A program made the position numbers and the translations under genes. Below, one piece after another: positions 26,829 to 36,453 of a stretch of 64,000 bases of DNA. Position 1 is the stretch's first letter; the number at the start of each line of letters is the position of its first letter. Under the pieces are notes generated by a model, which was not told the DNA's origin, searched no databases, and worked only from the letters and a program-made list of their open reading frames with translations. This DNA comes from an uncultured Spirochaetota bacterium (GTDB lineage Bacteria; Spirochaetota; Spirochaetia; SZUA-6; Fen-1364), in the NCBI GenBank assembly GCA_963734545.1, contig CAVTHO010000008.1, positions 96,001 to 160,000 of the forward strand, in the 5' to 3' direction.

Positions 26829-28173
26829 TCAAAAATGAACAGCCACGCCGGCGTCGGCCGTCACCGGCGCGGGCAGAATACCGAACTCGCTATGAGAGCC
26901 CTCTCCCCAGGCAGCGATGGCGCGCACAAATAGGTCTATCCCCGGGAGACGGGTCCAACGCAGCTCGGGCTGCAGGGCAAAGCTCCGATCCTGAAGATTC
27001 ATGACCATGGCCACGTCCGCTGAAAAGTACCCATTGACAGCAGCAGTAAAAGAAAGTGCCGCGTAGTGCCGGCCCAGGGGGGGTATCACCTCCCCGCTCG
27101 AAAGCCATGCGCCGCTCGCCGCCGAATCCAGGACGGCGGCGGGAGAACCCGCGAGTCCCGCCGCTAGCGCGGCGAAGAAATCGTCCATGAACCGCGCGGC
27201 CTGGTTTCCATCGTATCCGGTGCTGTCGTAGAGATACTCCACCGTGGCGGCGAATGAAGCGGAGTCGGTGGAAACCGTCCTTTGAAGCCCGACAGTGGCG
27301 ATTGGAAAGGCCCTCCCGAAGCCGGGGTTCGCGTATGATCCAGACTGGTCCGGGTAAAGGGCGCTGTTAGAAAACTCAACGGCGAGCGTGGAGTCGAGGA
27401 TGAACCCGAAAACGTCAAGTGAAAAACCTGCCGTCGGTCTGAGAACCCGCTGCCACTGCCAGGTCACTGCGGCGTGGACATCCAGACTTCCGAGAAATGC
27501 ATCGGCGTAGAGAGCATAACGCAGCCCTCGCCAGGGTGACGATGGCAAGGAGGGAAGGGAGGGCGCAAGGAACGGAAGGTCTGCCGCGAGGTCCGTTGAA
27601 GTCGAGGATGCGAGACCAGGAAGCTGCGAGTTGACCGGAAAAGCTGTATCGAACCGCACGGCTGCCGTGAGGCTGAATGAAGCGGAAGGGGCGAAGGTGG
27701 CTGTGAAGCCGAAGAAGCCCTCCGACTTGTTCTGGGGATTGACCGGAGGATCGAGCTTGTCTCCAGGGGAAAACTCATAACCGGTGCCCCAGGGAAGGCG
27801 CTGCTTCCCGAAAACAAGGGTCAGCCCAGGGGCTGCGGCAAGTGACACATAGGCCTGTATCAGATCGTTCTGCAGCGTTCCGCCGTCCGCGCCCTGCCAC
27901 CAGGTCAAGGCGTCCGCGAGGTAGAGCTGGCCGCCTTCGAATATGAGACGCTCATGGATGTTGAGTTGCCCCTGGGCAACGAGCAGCTGTGCGACGGGAT
28001 CCTTCCCGGTGAGAGAGGCCAACGTCGGATTGCGCGAGATCACCGAATCCCGGCCGAAGACCTGGAGGTCTCCGAAGAACATCTGTTCCTGAGCAGCGAG
28101 AGGCAGGGAGACTGTCAAGGCCATCAGGAGCCCGGCTGCGGCGAAGGCCGATCGAAAAATACGAATGTTCTAT
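26829..28173 (-). CDS. Exported hypothetical, probable outer-membrane beta-barrel; start codon damaged (ATG read as ATAG)
   Basis: In-frame signal peptide NIRIFRSAFAAAGLLMALTVSLPLAAQE behind GGGAG; GKQRLPWG motif; C-terminal F. Confidence 0.6.
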
Positions 28174-28180
28174 ATCTCCC

Positions 28181-28972
28181 CTACCGCGTGAGCGCCGCAA
28201 GGCTGAAAAGTGAATCCGACATGCCCGGACGTTCCTCAAGCCGGGACACGGTCAACACGGACTCGCGGTCGGGTTGGTCGTAGGAAATCATGCGGATGAC
28301 TGTCGGACGCTCCCGCCCCGCCATTTCACGCACGCCGGTGAAAAGCGCCCGCTTGAACAGGAGACCCGACTTCGCGTAGTACTCGGCCTGGAGCAGCATG
28401 AAGTCACCGGCGCGGACCCAGAGTTTCACCTTCGAGTATGAGACCTGCTCGTTTCGCGCGGTTCCCTCCAGCAGGCGGGCGCTGACGTTCCCCAGCTGGG
28501 GATGATCGAAAGTTTCATCACCCGAAAGGCGCATGTCGTACTCCAAAGCATACTGCGGGTCTCCCACGTCGCGGTTGGAAAAGACGCTTCCCTGGAACGC
28601 GGCCTTCGGGGAGAGACGGATGGCCCGGTTCGTTCCGGCCTGGGGATTGAACAACCACAGCGCGCCTTCCTTCTGGAGAAAGCGAATACCCCTGGACCGC
28701 GCGGGGGACAGGAGCTCAATGCGCGACCCCACGCCCTTTTTGTATGTCACGGTCATTTCCATGCTCGTTTCGGCCCTGCCCGTCTGAAGGGTCTGAAGAG
28801 TGGCGCGCATGAAGTACTCGTCCGGAAAAACGGTCTGGTCCGCCAGGGAAATGATTTGCTCCGCGGTGAGCCCCTGTGCAGAGACAGCCGCGGGAGCGGC
28901 AACGCTCATCAGAAAAACTAACGCGACAGCCGCGGCGCGTGCCCGCCCGGCGCTCTTCGCATGACGACTCAT
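28181..28972 (-). CDS. Outer-membrane lipoprotein-sorting (LolA-like) protein
   Basis: Signal peptide; FQGSVFSNRD, YSKVKLWV and EYYAKSG motifs; ABC context. Confidence 0.8.
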   Translation of the reverse strand: MSRHAKSAGRARAAAVALVFLMSVAAPAAVSAQGLTAEQIISLADQTVFPDEYFMRATLQTLQTGRAETSMEMTVTYKKGVGSRIELLSPARSRGIRFLQKEGALWLFNPQAGTNRAIRLSPKAAFQGSVFSNRDVGDPQYALEYDMRLSGDETFDHPQLGNVSARLLEGTARNEQVSYSKVKLWVRAGDFMLLQAEYYAKSGLLFKRALFTGVREMAGRERPTVIRMISYDQPDRESVLTVSRLEERPGMSDSLFSLAALTR

Positions 28973-28986
28973 TCCCGATCCTCCTG

Positions 28987-29613
28987 TCAGATGGAATTCG
29001 ATGGGGTGGCGGTCTGCGGCCTTTCCATCCCACGCACCACGAGCGCGACCGTCGTTCTGATCTGGGCGCCAAGTCGAATTGCCTTGCGGTCGAAAAGCCA
29101 GAGGAGCACGCTCCCTTCCAGGGCTGCCCCGATGGCGAGCGAGGCGGCGCGCGGGTCGATATCCCTGAACTCCCCGGCCTTGATGCCCTGCGAGATGACC
29201 TCGGCCATCCCGTCAAGAAATGCGGCGAAAAACCGCTGGAAAGCTTTTTTCACTGTGGTGTTGCGAAAGGCGAGCGAATAGTACTCGAAGGTGATTGGAA
29301 GGAATCGACCCATGGTCTCGATGTCCTTGATGATGTGCTCGGCGAATCTCATGAGGCGCTCCCCCGCCGAGCCCTCCGCGGAAGCCTGGCGCCGGATCCG
29401 CTCCGTTTCCGGCTCGAACAGACGCTCCATGATCGCCACGATGATCGCGTCCTTGTTCTTGAAGTACCAGTACAGCAGGCCCTTGCTGCGACCGGACTCT
29501 CTGACGATGTCGTCCATTCGGGCTCCACTGAATCCCTTGCGCGAGAACACTCGAGCGGCCGCGCTGACTATCTCGGACCTGCGCTCTTCGCTGACATCTG
29601 GTCTTGGCGCCAT
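28987..29613 (-). CDS. TetR/AcrR family regulator
   Basis: HTH MDDIVRESGRSKGLLYWYFKNKD. Confidence 0.92.
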   Translation of the reverse strand: MAPRPDVSEERRSEIVSAAARVFSRKGFSGARMDDIVRESGRSKGLLYWYFKNKDAIIVAIMERLFEPETERIRRQASAEGSAGERLMRFAEHIIKDIETMGRFLPITFEYYSLAFRNTTVKKAFQRFFAAFLDGMAEVISQGIKAGEFRDIDPRAASLAIGAALEGSVLLWLFDRKAIRLGAQIRTTVALVVRGMERPQTATPSNSI

Positions 29614-29647
29614 TTCTCCCTGCTCCCGGTGCACAATCGAAATCGTT

Positions 29648-29665
29648 ACTGACCGACTGGTCAGT
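29648..29665. promoter_or_regulatory. TetR operator palindrome
   Basis: ACTGACC-GACT-GGTCAGT just upstream of tetR. Confidence 0.75.
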
Positions 29666-29722
29666 CAATATAAACTACCTCCTTTCTGGCCGCCAGTCAA
29701 GGGAAAGGCATGCCATCATTTA

Positions 29723-30610
29723 TCATGAAATCCGGCGCTTCTTTGTGGTGCGCCGGGCACGTTCCCCGGGTCTCTGGGTGCGCGTCGAGGAGCGCCGGAT
29801 GATTCGCGCGGCAAGATCCGCGTTTGCCACAATAATGTCCTCGCTGCCATCCCGAAGCCGCGTGCTCACGAGCTGGACCGCCTGGACCTCACCACTGATC
29901 CCGTCGAAGGAGATTCGATCCCCCGGCTTGATCTGGTCCCGGAGGAATCGGCCTGCCACGATGCTGGAAACCGTGCGCGGGGAGCCGAGCAGCACCGCCA
30001 CCCCCGCCACGACGGGAGCTGCAATGGCAATCGCCGCCAGGGTCCCCGTGACGCCCTCGGGGATGAACCCCACGAAGCGCAGAGCGCCGAGAAGGGCGAT
30101 GCCGATGATCGCGTAGGATGCCAGCCGGCCTAGAACGGCCGCGAAAGGCACGTTCGCGATCAACGAGGATGCCTGGACGATTCTGCCCATGAAGTGGCCA
30201 AGAAAGACGCCGAGACTCAGGATCACGAGAATGGCGAGGAACTTGGGCAGCAGGCCCAGAACCTGCTCGATCAGCTTCGTGCCGGCTGGTATTTCCAGCA
30301 CGTCGAACATGAGAAAGAGCGCGGAGAAGATGATGACCCAGTAGGCCAGAAGCCCCAGCGCCCTGGACGGCCGGCGGTTGACGCCGCCCTTTTCCAGGAG
30401 CCGGGTGAAGCCCGTCTTATCCGACAACACGTCCACCCCGGCCGCGCGGAGCAGGCGCGCCGTGACCTCCCGCGCAAGCACGGCGAGCGGGAAGCCCAGA
30501 AGCAGAACCAGAGCGGCGATCCCGACGTGCGGGAGAAACCGCAGCGCGAGCTTTGCCGCATCCGTGATCGGGACCAGGACCAGTTCCTGTGCCATTCGTG
30601 GTAGGTCCAT
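29723..30610 (-). CDS. MscS-family mechanosensitive channel with TM-helix repeats
   Basis: TM repeats plus the IKPGDRI...GEV...IVAN MscS beta domain. Confidence 0.8.
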   Translation of the reverse strand: MDLPRMAQELVLVPITDAAKLALRFLPHVGIAALVLLLGFPLAVLAREVTARLLRAAGVDVLSDKTGFTRLLEKGGVNRRPSRALGLLAYWVIIFSALFLMFDVLEIPAGTKLIEQVLGLLPKFLAILVILSLGVFLGHFMGRIVQASSLIANVPFAAVLGRLASYAIIGIALLGALRFVGFIPEGVTGTLAAIAIAAPVVAGVAVLLGSPRTVSSIVAGRFLRDQIKPGDRISFDGISGEVQAVQLVSTRLRDGSEDIIVANADLAARIIRRSSTRTQRPGERARRTTKKRRIS

Positions 30611-30624
30611 CGCGATTCCTCCTC

Positions 30625-32241
30625 TCAGGACGGCGAACCCTGTTCGCCGTTATTGTCGTCATCGTCCTCTTTCAGGAGCCGTCTGAGGCGGCCGCGGATG
30701 CGCGAGGTTCGCGAGCCGATCCGGTCCGCCAGCGCACCGATTCTTTGTTCAGATAACCGCGCGAGGTCTTCGGTCTTGCGGTCGACGGACGTGAGCAGGC
30801 CCCTTCCCCGCTGGATTTCGAGCATGATGAAGTCCGCGCTGCTCGCGATGCCGGTCTGGGGGTTGAGGTCGTTCTTCAGCTGCATGATCACGGCCATCGG
30901 CGCCGCGGCCGACGGCTCGCGGATCCTCACGGCGAGCAGGACCGACGCGAGCTGGATCGCCGAGGAACCGAGGAAGAGGATGTGCAGGCTCGTGACACGG
31001 TACGAGAGCACGGTGAAGCTGATGTCCTGGAGGGCGTGCACGGCAATCCCGCCGGCCACGGGAGCCGCGGCGCCGACAAGCCCCGTGATCGCCGAAAACA
31101 TGGCGATATACATCGAGCGGCCCTTGCGGGGAGACAGCGCGATCAGGATGTTGAACTGGGAAAGCGCGGCTCCGGCCATGGCGGCCCCGGAAACGAGATT
31201 GGCAAGGAGCACCGGGAGGAAGAAGGACTGCGGCCGCGCAAGGATCCACAGCACGGGAACGAGGACGAGGATCCAACCCGAGACGATAATGACGGGCTTG
31301 TTGCCGAGGGCGTCCGAGATCGGCCCCCAGGTCCGCATCATGAGAAGCGTCGCGATCGTCGCGCACGTGCCGAAGAGCGTGATGGTGCCGAAGTCCGCGC
31401 GCAGCGTGTCGATGAGGAACACGTTGTAGAAAGGCCCGGCCATCTGCACCCCCGCGCTCCAGACCGACCCGAAGACGATGAGGGCGCGGAAGTTTCCGTC
31501 ACGCAGCGGCTGGAGCAGAAGTGAAGATTTCAGCCGAACCGAGCTCGCGGGAGGAGGCGTGCCGGTTTCCGGGATCCGTGAGAGAAACCATACAGACGTC
31601 ACGCCGCAGAGCAGGCCCGCCGAGAAGAGCAGCATGAAGGCCAACGCAACGGGGACATGGAACCGGTCCGCAATGTCGAGGAACTTTCCTCCCAGGAGAA
31701 GGGCCACCATTCCCGCGAAAGAGGCGATCATGTTCCGCCTTCCGAAGAAGGTGCCCCGCTGTTTCCGCGGTACCAGGTCGCCCATCCACGCTGTCCACCC
31801 GACCGTTCCGAGGGCGCCGAAGAGACTGGAGAGCCCGATGACGGCGATCAGCGGCCATGCCGCGCCGCCGGCCCCTTTGGGCACGAACGCGAGCGGCAGG
31901 AGAATGACACCCACCCACGTCAAGCGGCCCGTCAAGACCCCGACAATGCAGGCCGGCTTCTTTTTTCCGGTCTTCTCTATCAGGAGGGAACCGGCAACCT
32001 GCACGATGTTGGCGAACAACGGCAGCGCCGCCAGCATTCCGATGGCGCTGCCTCCGGCATTGAAGACCTTCAGCGCATACCCGACCAGAAACGCCCCACC
32101 GGTGAGGGAGGTCCACATGGTGCCGAAAATCCCGTCCGCGATGGATCGCGAGAGCGCTGCTTTGCGGGTGATCTCGTCCAACTGGCTTCTACAGGCGTGC
32201 CAGGTTCGCGCCCGACGCCGCGGGAGGCTTCCCCACGCCAA
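30625..32241 (-). CDS. MFS transporter
   Basis: About 12 TM helices; WMGDLVP..RGTFFGRR and WGPISDALGNK motifs. Confidence 0.85.
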   Translation of the reverse strand: MAWGSLPRRRARTWHACRSQLDEITRKAALSRSIADGIFGTMWTSLTGGAFLVGYALKVFNAGGSAIGMLAALPLFANIVQVAGSLLIEKTGKKKPACIVGVLTGRLTWVGVILLPLAFVPKGAGGAAWPLIAVIGLSSLFGALGTVGWTAWMGDLVPRKQRGTFFGRRNMIASFAGMVALLLGGKFLDIADRFHVPVALAFMLLFSAGLLCGVTSVWFLSRIPETGTPPPASSVRLKSSLLLQPLRDGNFRALIVFGSVWSAGVQMAGPFYNVFLIDTLRADFGTITLFGTCATIATLLMMRTWGPISDALGNKPVIIVSGWILVLVPVLWILARPQSFFLPVLLANLVSGAAMAGAALSQFNILIALSPRKGRSMYIAMFSAITGLVGAAAPVAGGIAVHALQDISFTVLSYRVTSLHILFLGSSAIQLASVLLAVRIREPSAAAPMAVIMQLKNDLNPQTGIASSADFIMLEIQRGRGLLTSVDRKTEDLARLSEQRIGALADRIGSRTSRIRGRLRRLLKEDDDDNNGEQGSPS

Positions 32242-32277
32242 TACGGTTACCCCTCATTCGTGGGCTCCCCTCTTTCC

Positions 32278-33420
32278 TTACGAGAGGAGCACTCTGCGGC
32301 GGAAGGGACGGCTGTTCAACCCCGCGTCCGGGTCGGCGTTCGGATCGGCTCCATGCGCGTACGTCTTTGCCACGTACCGGGACGTCATTGCCCTGAGGAG
32401 CGCGCTGTAGCCCATCCGGAACGTTACCTCGTCTCCCACCTGGAGCTCTGTGCCCGTGGCATCGAGAACGAGTTGGTCGCTGCTCGCCCCGACGATATCT
32501 GCCGCTATTCCTGGCGTTAGCGCCTCAGGATCGATATCCTGCCGTCCAATGGACAGGATGGCCCTTCGACGATCTCCCCTGTTCTCGAACTTCGGACGGT
32601 GACCGAACGCGTCCTGGCAGAGCTCGCCATTGGGTTGTGATGGCTTTGTCTTGATCTCCGTAGCCTCGGCAACCAGCGTGAAGGCGTCCGTATGCATGCC
32701 GGGGATCGGCTCCCGAGTCAAGGTGTCGCACCCGAGAAGCATTGACTCGCCCATCCGGAGATGGTTGACACGGCCGGGCTCTTTTGTCGACCGGAGCCAC
32801 TGGTAGTTTGCCGAGTTCCCGCCGGAGACGCACAGCAGCCTCACGCCGTGACGGCGCTCGAGGCGATCCGCAATCGAGGAAAGCTCACGCATTTTCTCCG
32901 CGCTTGGCTTCACGCCGCTGAGACATGCGAGGTTGGCCCCGATGCCCGCAAGCTCGACGCCCTCGAGGCGGATCGTTTCGGAAACGACTTCGTCCATTTG
33001 CGAGGGTAGGATTCCCTCCCTCAAGTCTCCCAGCTCGACCATCAGGATGACGCGGTGGATGATCCCGCGACGCCGCGCGGCGCGCGCAAGCAGTCTCACG
33101 ACACTGACTTCCGTGTTCAGGCTGATGTCGGCCCATTCGACCGCGCTTTCAGCCTCGCTCGGCGCCGGCGGGCGTATCAGCATGTAATCAGCGTGGAGCC
33201 CGGTCTCCTTCATCAGCCGCAGGTTGGAGATTCGCGAATCTCCGAACGAGCGGATTCCGCAGGCGTGGAGAGCCGCCACGACCCGTGGAGATCCACAGAC
33301 CGCTTTCGTCACAGCGGTGAAGTGGATTCCGCGGGACCCGCAGAGCGCCGACAGCGCCAGCGCATTGTCAACCAGCTTGTCGATGCGGATCTCGATGCGC
33401 GGCGTCCGCTTTCCCGTCAT
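32278..33420 (-). CDS. Alanine/ornithine racemase family PLP enzyme
   Basis: AVTK (PLP lysine), DSRI.N, ELGDLREG, SGGNS, LRMGE and GASSD motifs. Confidence 0.88.
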   Translation of the reverse strand: MTGKRTPRIEIRIDKLVDNALALSALCGSRGIHFTAVTKAVCGSPRVVAALHACGIRSFGDSRISNLRLMKETGLHADYMLIRPPAPSEAESAVEWADISLNTEVSVVRLLARAARRRGIIHRVILMVELGDLREGILPSQMDEVVSETIRLEGVELAGIGANLACLSGVKPSAEKMRELSSIADRLERRHGVRLLCVSGGNSANYQWLRSTKEPGRVNHLRMGESMLLGCDTLTREPIPGMHTDAFTLVAEATEIKTKPSQPNGELCQDAFGHRPKFENRGDRRRAILSIGRQDIDPEALTPGIAADIVGASSDQLVLDATGTELQVGDEVTFRMGYSALLRAMTSRYVAKTYAHGADPNADPDAGLNSRPFRRRVLLS

Positions 33421-33644
33421 GCACCGAGTCCCATTCTGCTGACAGCATCCTGAACGATCTCACTCAGCAGATCCCTTCCGCTCATTCCTTCAGCGCGCGC
33501 CATGAAACCGATGTAGCTGTGAGTGCACATCAGCCCTGCCAAAGCATTCGCCTCGAGCAGGAGAACGCGTGATCCATCCTCCGCGGCGGGAGGAGCCGGA
33601 GCATGATTCGCGGCCGGCCCCTGGACAGCAACAATCCCGCACAC
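33417..33644 (-). pseudogene. Collapsed asnB-start/ATP-grasp-end fusion remnant
   Basis: VCGIVAVQG (cf. MCGVVAMQG) fused to LLEANALAGLMCT-HSYIGFMARAEGM..RDLLSEIVQ (cf. C-terminus of 16004-17002). Confidence 0.85.
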
Positions 33645-33688
33645 CTGCTCTGCTCTCTTCATGCAGCTCCCGTTGCAACTGCATCCTG

Positions 33689-33755
33689 ATGATAGCAAAG
33701 CCTCCTCCCCGTGCCGTCAGCCGGGCAATGAAAAGGATGTAGAATTTTTATGACG
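33689..33755 (-). promoter_or_regulatory. Regulon promoter of the racemase operon
   Basis: TGTAGAA-TTTT-TATGACG at 33738-33755; minus-strand CTGACG, 20 nt, then TATCAT at 33694-33689. Confidence 0.65.
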
Positions 33756-33821
33756 CACCGCTCGAACCTGATCGCCATTTGTAAATCACGCCGGTCCGTC
33801 CCGGCGCGGCGGACCCGCGGA

Positions 33822-33950
33822 CTATGCGCGCCGGTCCTGCCTACCGGCGGACCTTTCTTCCTTGCCGGTGTGGATATACACCTGGAATGCAACCATCGCC
33901 GCGAGAAAAAGGGCGACAATCACGATGACGAAAATGGTCGTTGCGTCCAT
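33822..33950 (-). CDS. 42-aa single-TM small protein
   Basis: MDATTIFVIVIVALFLAAMVAFQVYIHTGKEERSAGRQDRRA; GGAGGAAGG RBS. Confidence 0.65.
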   Translation of the reverse strand: MDATTIFVIVIVALFLAAMVAFQVYIHTGKEERSAGRQDRRA

Positions 33951-34017
33951 GCCTTCCTCCGTTCCGAGAGTCAGCGCGCCATGCTGTGATGCGGCAGAAC
34001 GGGAGCACGCATGTAAG

Positions 34018-34054
34018 AAAAAAAGCCGCCACACAGCTTGCGCCGTATGGCGGC
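34018..34054 (-). terminator. Intrinsic terminator within the leader of the small ORF
   Basis: GCCGCCATACGGC-GCAA-GCTGTGTGGCGGC followed by U7. Confidence 0.85.
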
Positions 34055-34124
34055 CCGACCATACACAATTCCTCCAGCCCCGGGAGGCGGCTGGACCCAC
34101 GTTCAGCGAGCCATTTGGCTCACC
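34018..34124 (-). ncRNA. Candidate structured leader (riboswitch/attenuator) or sRNA
   Basis: Hairpins at 34106-34123 and 34073-34095, an alternative anti-terminator and a terminator, all downstream of a consensus promoter. Confidence 0.5.
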
Positions 34125-34130
34125 ACAATA

Positions 34131-34159
34131 AATATACGCCGACGCCTACATTCTGTCAA
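34131..34159 (-). promoter_or_regulatory. Sigma70 promoter
   Basis: TTGACA-N17-TATATT. Confidence 0.75.
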
Positions 34160-34613
34160 CATGAGACAGGATCCCATCGACACCACCGCCGCTCCAGACG
34201 CCCAGCTTCCTGCCCTTTGCATCGATCTGCACGTAGGTGTGCTGATACGTGATGCCATACCGGGTCTTGAGCTCCGTCTCCTTGTCGTAGTCGACAACCA
34301 CGACTGTGATATCCCCCAGCCGGGCTCCTTGTGCGTCCATGTCCTTCAGGTCCGCCCGGCAGATCGGGCACCAGTCCGCCGAGAACATGAGGACAGTCGG
34401 CCCCTTGGCAGCCAGCGCCTGCGCCTCGTTCAGCGTGGTAAAGAGCACTTTCCGTCCGCTCATCATCGAGTCGGCACTCCCTGCGGCCGGCGCCCTCATC
34501 ATTGCATCCACGCCCCCTTGACCTGGCGCGCTCATCATCTTGTCCTGCGCGAACACGTTTGCAGAGAAGGCGAGCGCGACCGCCATCATTGCCAAAAATG
34601 CTTTTCTGTTCAT
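34146..34613 (-). CDS. Exported thioredoxin with a Met-rich N-terminus
   Basis: Signal peptide; MM repeats; WCPIC and YGITYQHT motifs. Confidence 0.85.
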   Translation of the reverse strand: MNRKAFLAMMAVALAFSANVFAQDKMMSAPGQGGVDAMMRAPAAGSADSMMSGRKVLFTTLNEAQALAAKGPTVLMFSADWCPICRADLKDMDAQGARLGDITVVVVDYDKETELKTRYGITYQHTYVQIDAKGRKLGVWSGGGVDGILSHVDRM

Positions 34614-34718
34614 GTACCCAAGATACGAAGGGAAGGTCTCGAAACCTTCACGAAAGTGTCACATCTTAGGCTTGCATCGGCGCACGGTGCAGGCAACAGC
34701 CTCGGCTATCAGCCCGGG

Positions 34719-34862
34719 ATGAAGACGACCGTCGAACTGCCGGATGAGCTGCTCATTCGTGCCAAGAAACGTGCCGCCGAAGCGCGCACTCCTCTTCGAT
34801 TGTTGATCGAGCGTGGGCTCCGTCGTTCCTCCCTGCTCAGTTGGATCCGGTCCCAGCCGTGA
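34719..34862 (+). pseudogene. vapB: VapB-type antitoxin, shortened
   Basis: MKTTVELPDELLIRAKKRAAE ribbon-helix-helix; GTGA overlap with the PIN remnant. Confidence 0.7.
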
Positions 34863-35054
34863 TCGCCGTCGACACCAACCTTCTCGTTTATGCGCACAGG
34901 GCCGGGTGCCCCGAGCATGGTCGCCGGGGTGGTGATCCTTCCTCCGCCCCCCGCCCTCGTGCCTCGGTGCCTGCAGCTGGCGGATCAGCTCGATGTGCGC
35001 GGGCCTCGCATCTTCGATCTGCAGGTCGGCCTCGCGGCCTCGAGGCTGGTGTGA
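34859..35054 (+). pseudogene. vapC: VapC PIN toxin remnant (internal deletion and frameshift)
   Basis: MIAVDTNLLVYAHR followed by out-of-frame VRGPRIFDLQVGLAA. Confidence 0.75.
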
Positions 35055-35056
35055 AG

Positions 35057-35683
35057 TCAGGCTTTCCGGGTGGAGTATGCCTCGAGATTCAGAATCGTGC
35101 ACTCCGATGAGAATCCCGCGGGCGGAACGCCCAGGGATTGGATCAGCCTTGCCCAGAAATTGACCTGGGCACAGGTGCTCGCAATGATCACGATCCCTCG
35201 TTCCGTGAAATGTTCTTTCAGCTCTTCCATGACCTGCGCGGGAAATGAGAGCGGCGTGGCGCACATGCACTGAACGTAGCGCAGGGCAGCCTTCTCCTTT
35301 TCTGTCAAAGTGGCCACCCGGTCCAGTGGAACCCTGCCCTGCAAGGCGATGATTTCATCTTCCCTCAATCCTTTCGCCTCGAAATCTCTCGAGTTCAGAT
35401 CGATACAGAACGGACACGAGACGAGAAAAGAGGTGTATACCCGGATAAGGCTCAGGAGACGCCGGGGCGCTTCAGGCTCATCGTGCGCAATCAGACCCTC
35501 CATGATGCCCGACCCGATGAGCGCCTTGGGGTACCATGCCAGGATCCGATTGGCGAGGAGTCGCTTGCCGAGTCGCTTTTCGACCAGGAAAAGCGCCATG
35601 CGCGAGAGGAGCGGAATCTTCCGGGGAGGCTGGACGTAGCTCGTGTCCGGACCGAAGACCGGCGTATGATCGACTCTGGTCAC
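35057..35683 (-). CDS. Carboxymuconolactone decarboxylase/AhpD family protein
   Basis: SCPFCID motif; EKAALRY; FTERGIV. Confidence 0.8.
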   Translation of the reverse strand: MTRVDHTPVFGPDTSYVQPPRKIPLLSRMALFLVEKRLGKRLLANRILAWYPKALIGSGIMEGLIAHDEPEAPRRLLSLIRVYTSFLVSCPFCIDLNSRDFEAKGLREDEIIALQGRVPLDRVATLTEKEKAALRYVQCMCATPLSFPAQVMEELKEHFTERGIVIIASTCAQVNFWARLIQSLGVPPAGFSSECTILNLEAYSTRKA

Positions 35684-36453
35684 CTGGGTTCTCCGCTTTG
35701 CCTGCCGCTGAAAATGCCGAGCAGGGCTCCATTCAGCAGGTAGAGACGAGATGCAATGGAGATGAGATTGGCGAACTGACCGTGGGGATCCACCTGCCGC
35801 AGCAGCTGGAAATGGTCGAGGATGTCTTCCGGGATAAAAAGCATCAGCCCGAGCCCTATAAACATGTAGGGGCCGCTCCCGCTCGTCAGCCCGATCACCA
35901 GGACGAGCAGACCAATGGGCTCTGCAAGGAGAGTATCAAGGACCGGTTTCGACAGCCGAAGGAGATGTTTCGTCGTCGCATGCAGCCGGGGTCCTTCGTA
36001 CAGAAGGAGCCAGGGAAGAAAGACGATTGCGAACACCGCGAGGAGCACGACAATCCCCGCGACGGCGTAGAGAGTGCGCTGGCGCCGGGAGAGGATAAGC
36101 AGCCGCAGGGGGGAGGCGATATACAGGGAGAAGAAAAGAAGCGGGAAGAAGGAGGCTGTCGAAAAGAGCTCCTCAGCCCAGGACTCGCTCCCCGAAAGAA
36201 AAGGATCGATGAGGGCCCCGAGGGAAAGAACGGCAAGGCCGCAGAAAAGGAAGAGCCACGCGCTCATCAGCACGGGGTTGTCCTTCCTTCTGTACGCGGC
36301 CGCGAGAACCGCTGTCAACACGAGCAGGGACAATACCGCGGTGAACACAATGGAGCTCGACATGGTGTTCACGAGCTCGACAGGGAGGACCGCATCGAGC
36401 ACAAAAAGTCCGGCCGCGACGACAACCGGATAGATCAGGAGAACTATCACCAT
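35680..36453 (-). CDS. Multi-TM hypothetical membrane protein
   Basis: About 7-8 hydrophobic segments; start and stop overlap the neighbours. Confidence 0.7.
   Translation of the reverse strand: MVIVLLIYPVVVAAGLFVLDAVLPVELVNTMSSSIVFTAVLSLLVLTAVLAAAYRRKDNPVLMSAWLFLFCGLAVLSLGALIDPFLSGSESWAEELFSTASFFPLLFFSLYIASPLRLLILSRRQRTLYAVAGIVVLLAVFAIVFLPWLLLYEGPRLHATTKHLLRLSKPVLDTLLAEPIGLLVLVIGLTSGSGPYMFIGLGLMLFIPEDILDHFQLLRQVDPHGQFANLISIASRLYLLNGALLGIFSGRQSGEPR

Noticed and set aside
23648-29665. TetR-LolA-like-ABC cluster as a novel system
   Set aside because: A widespread architecture with nothing unusual here.
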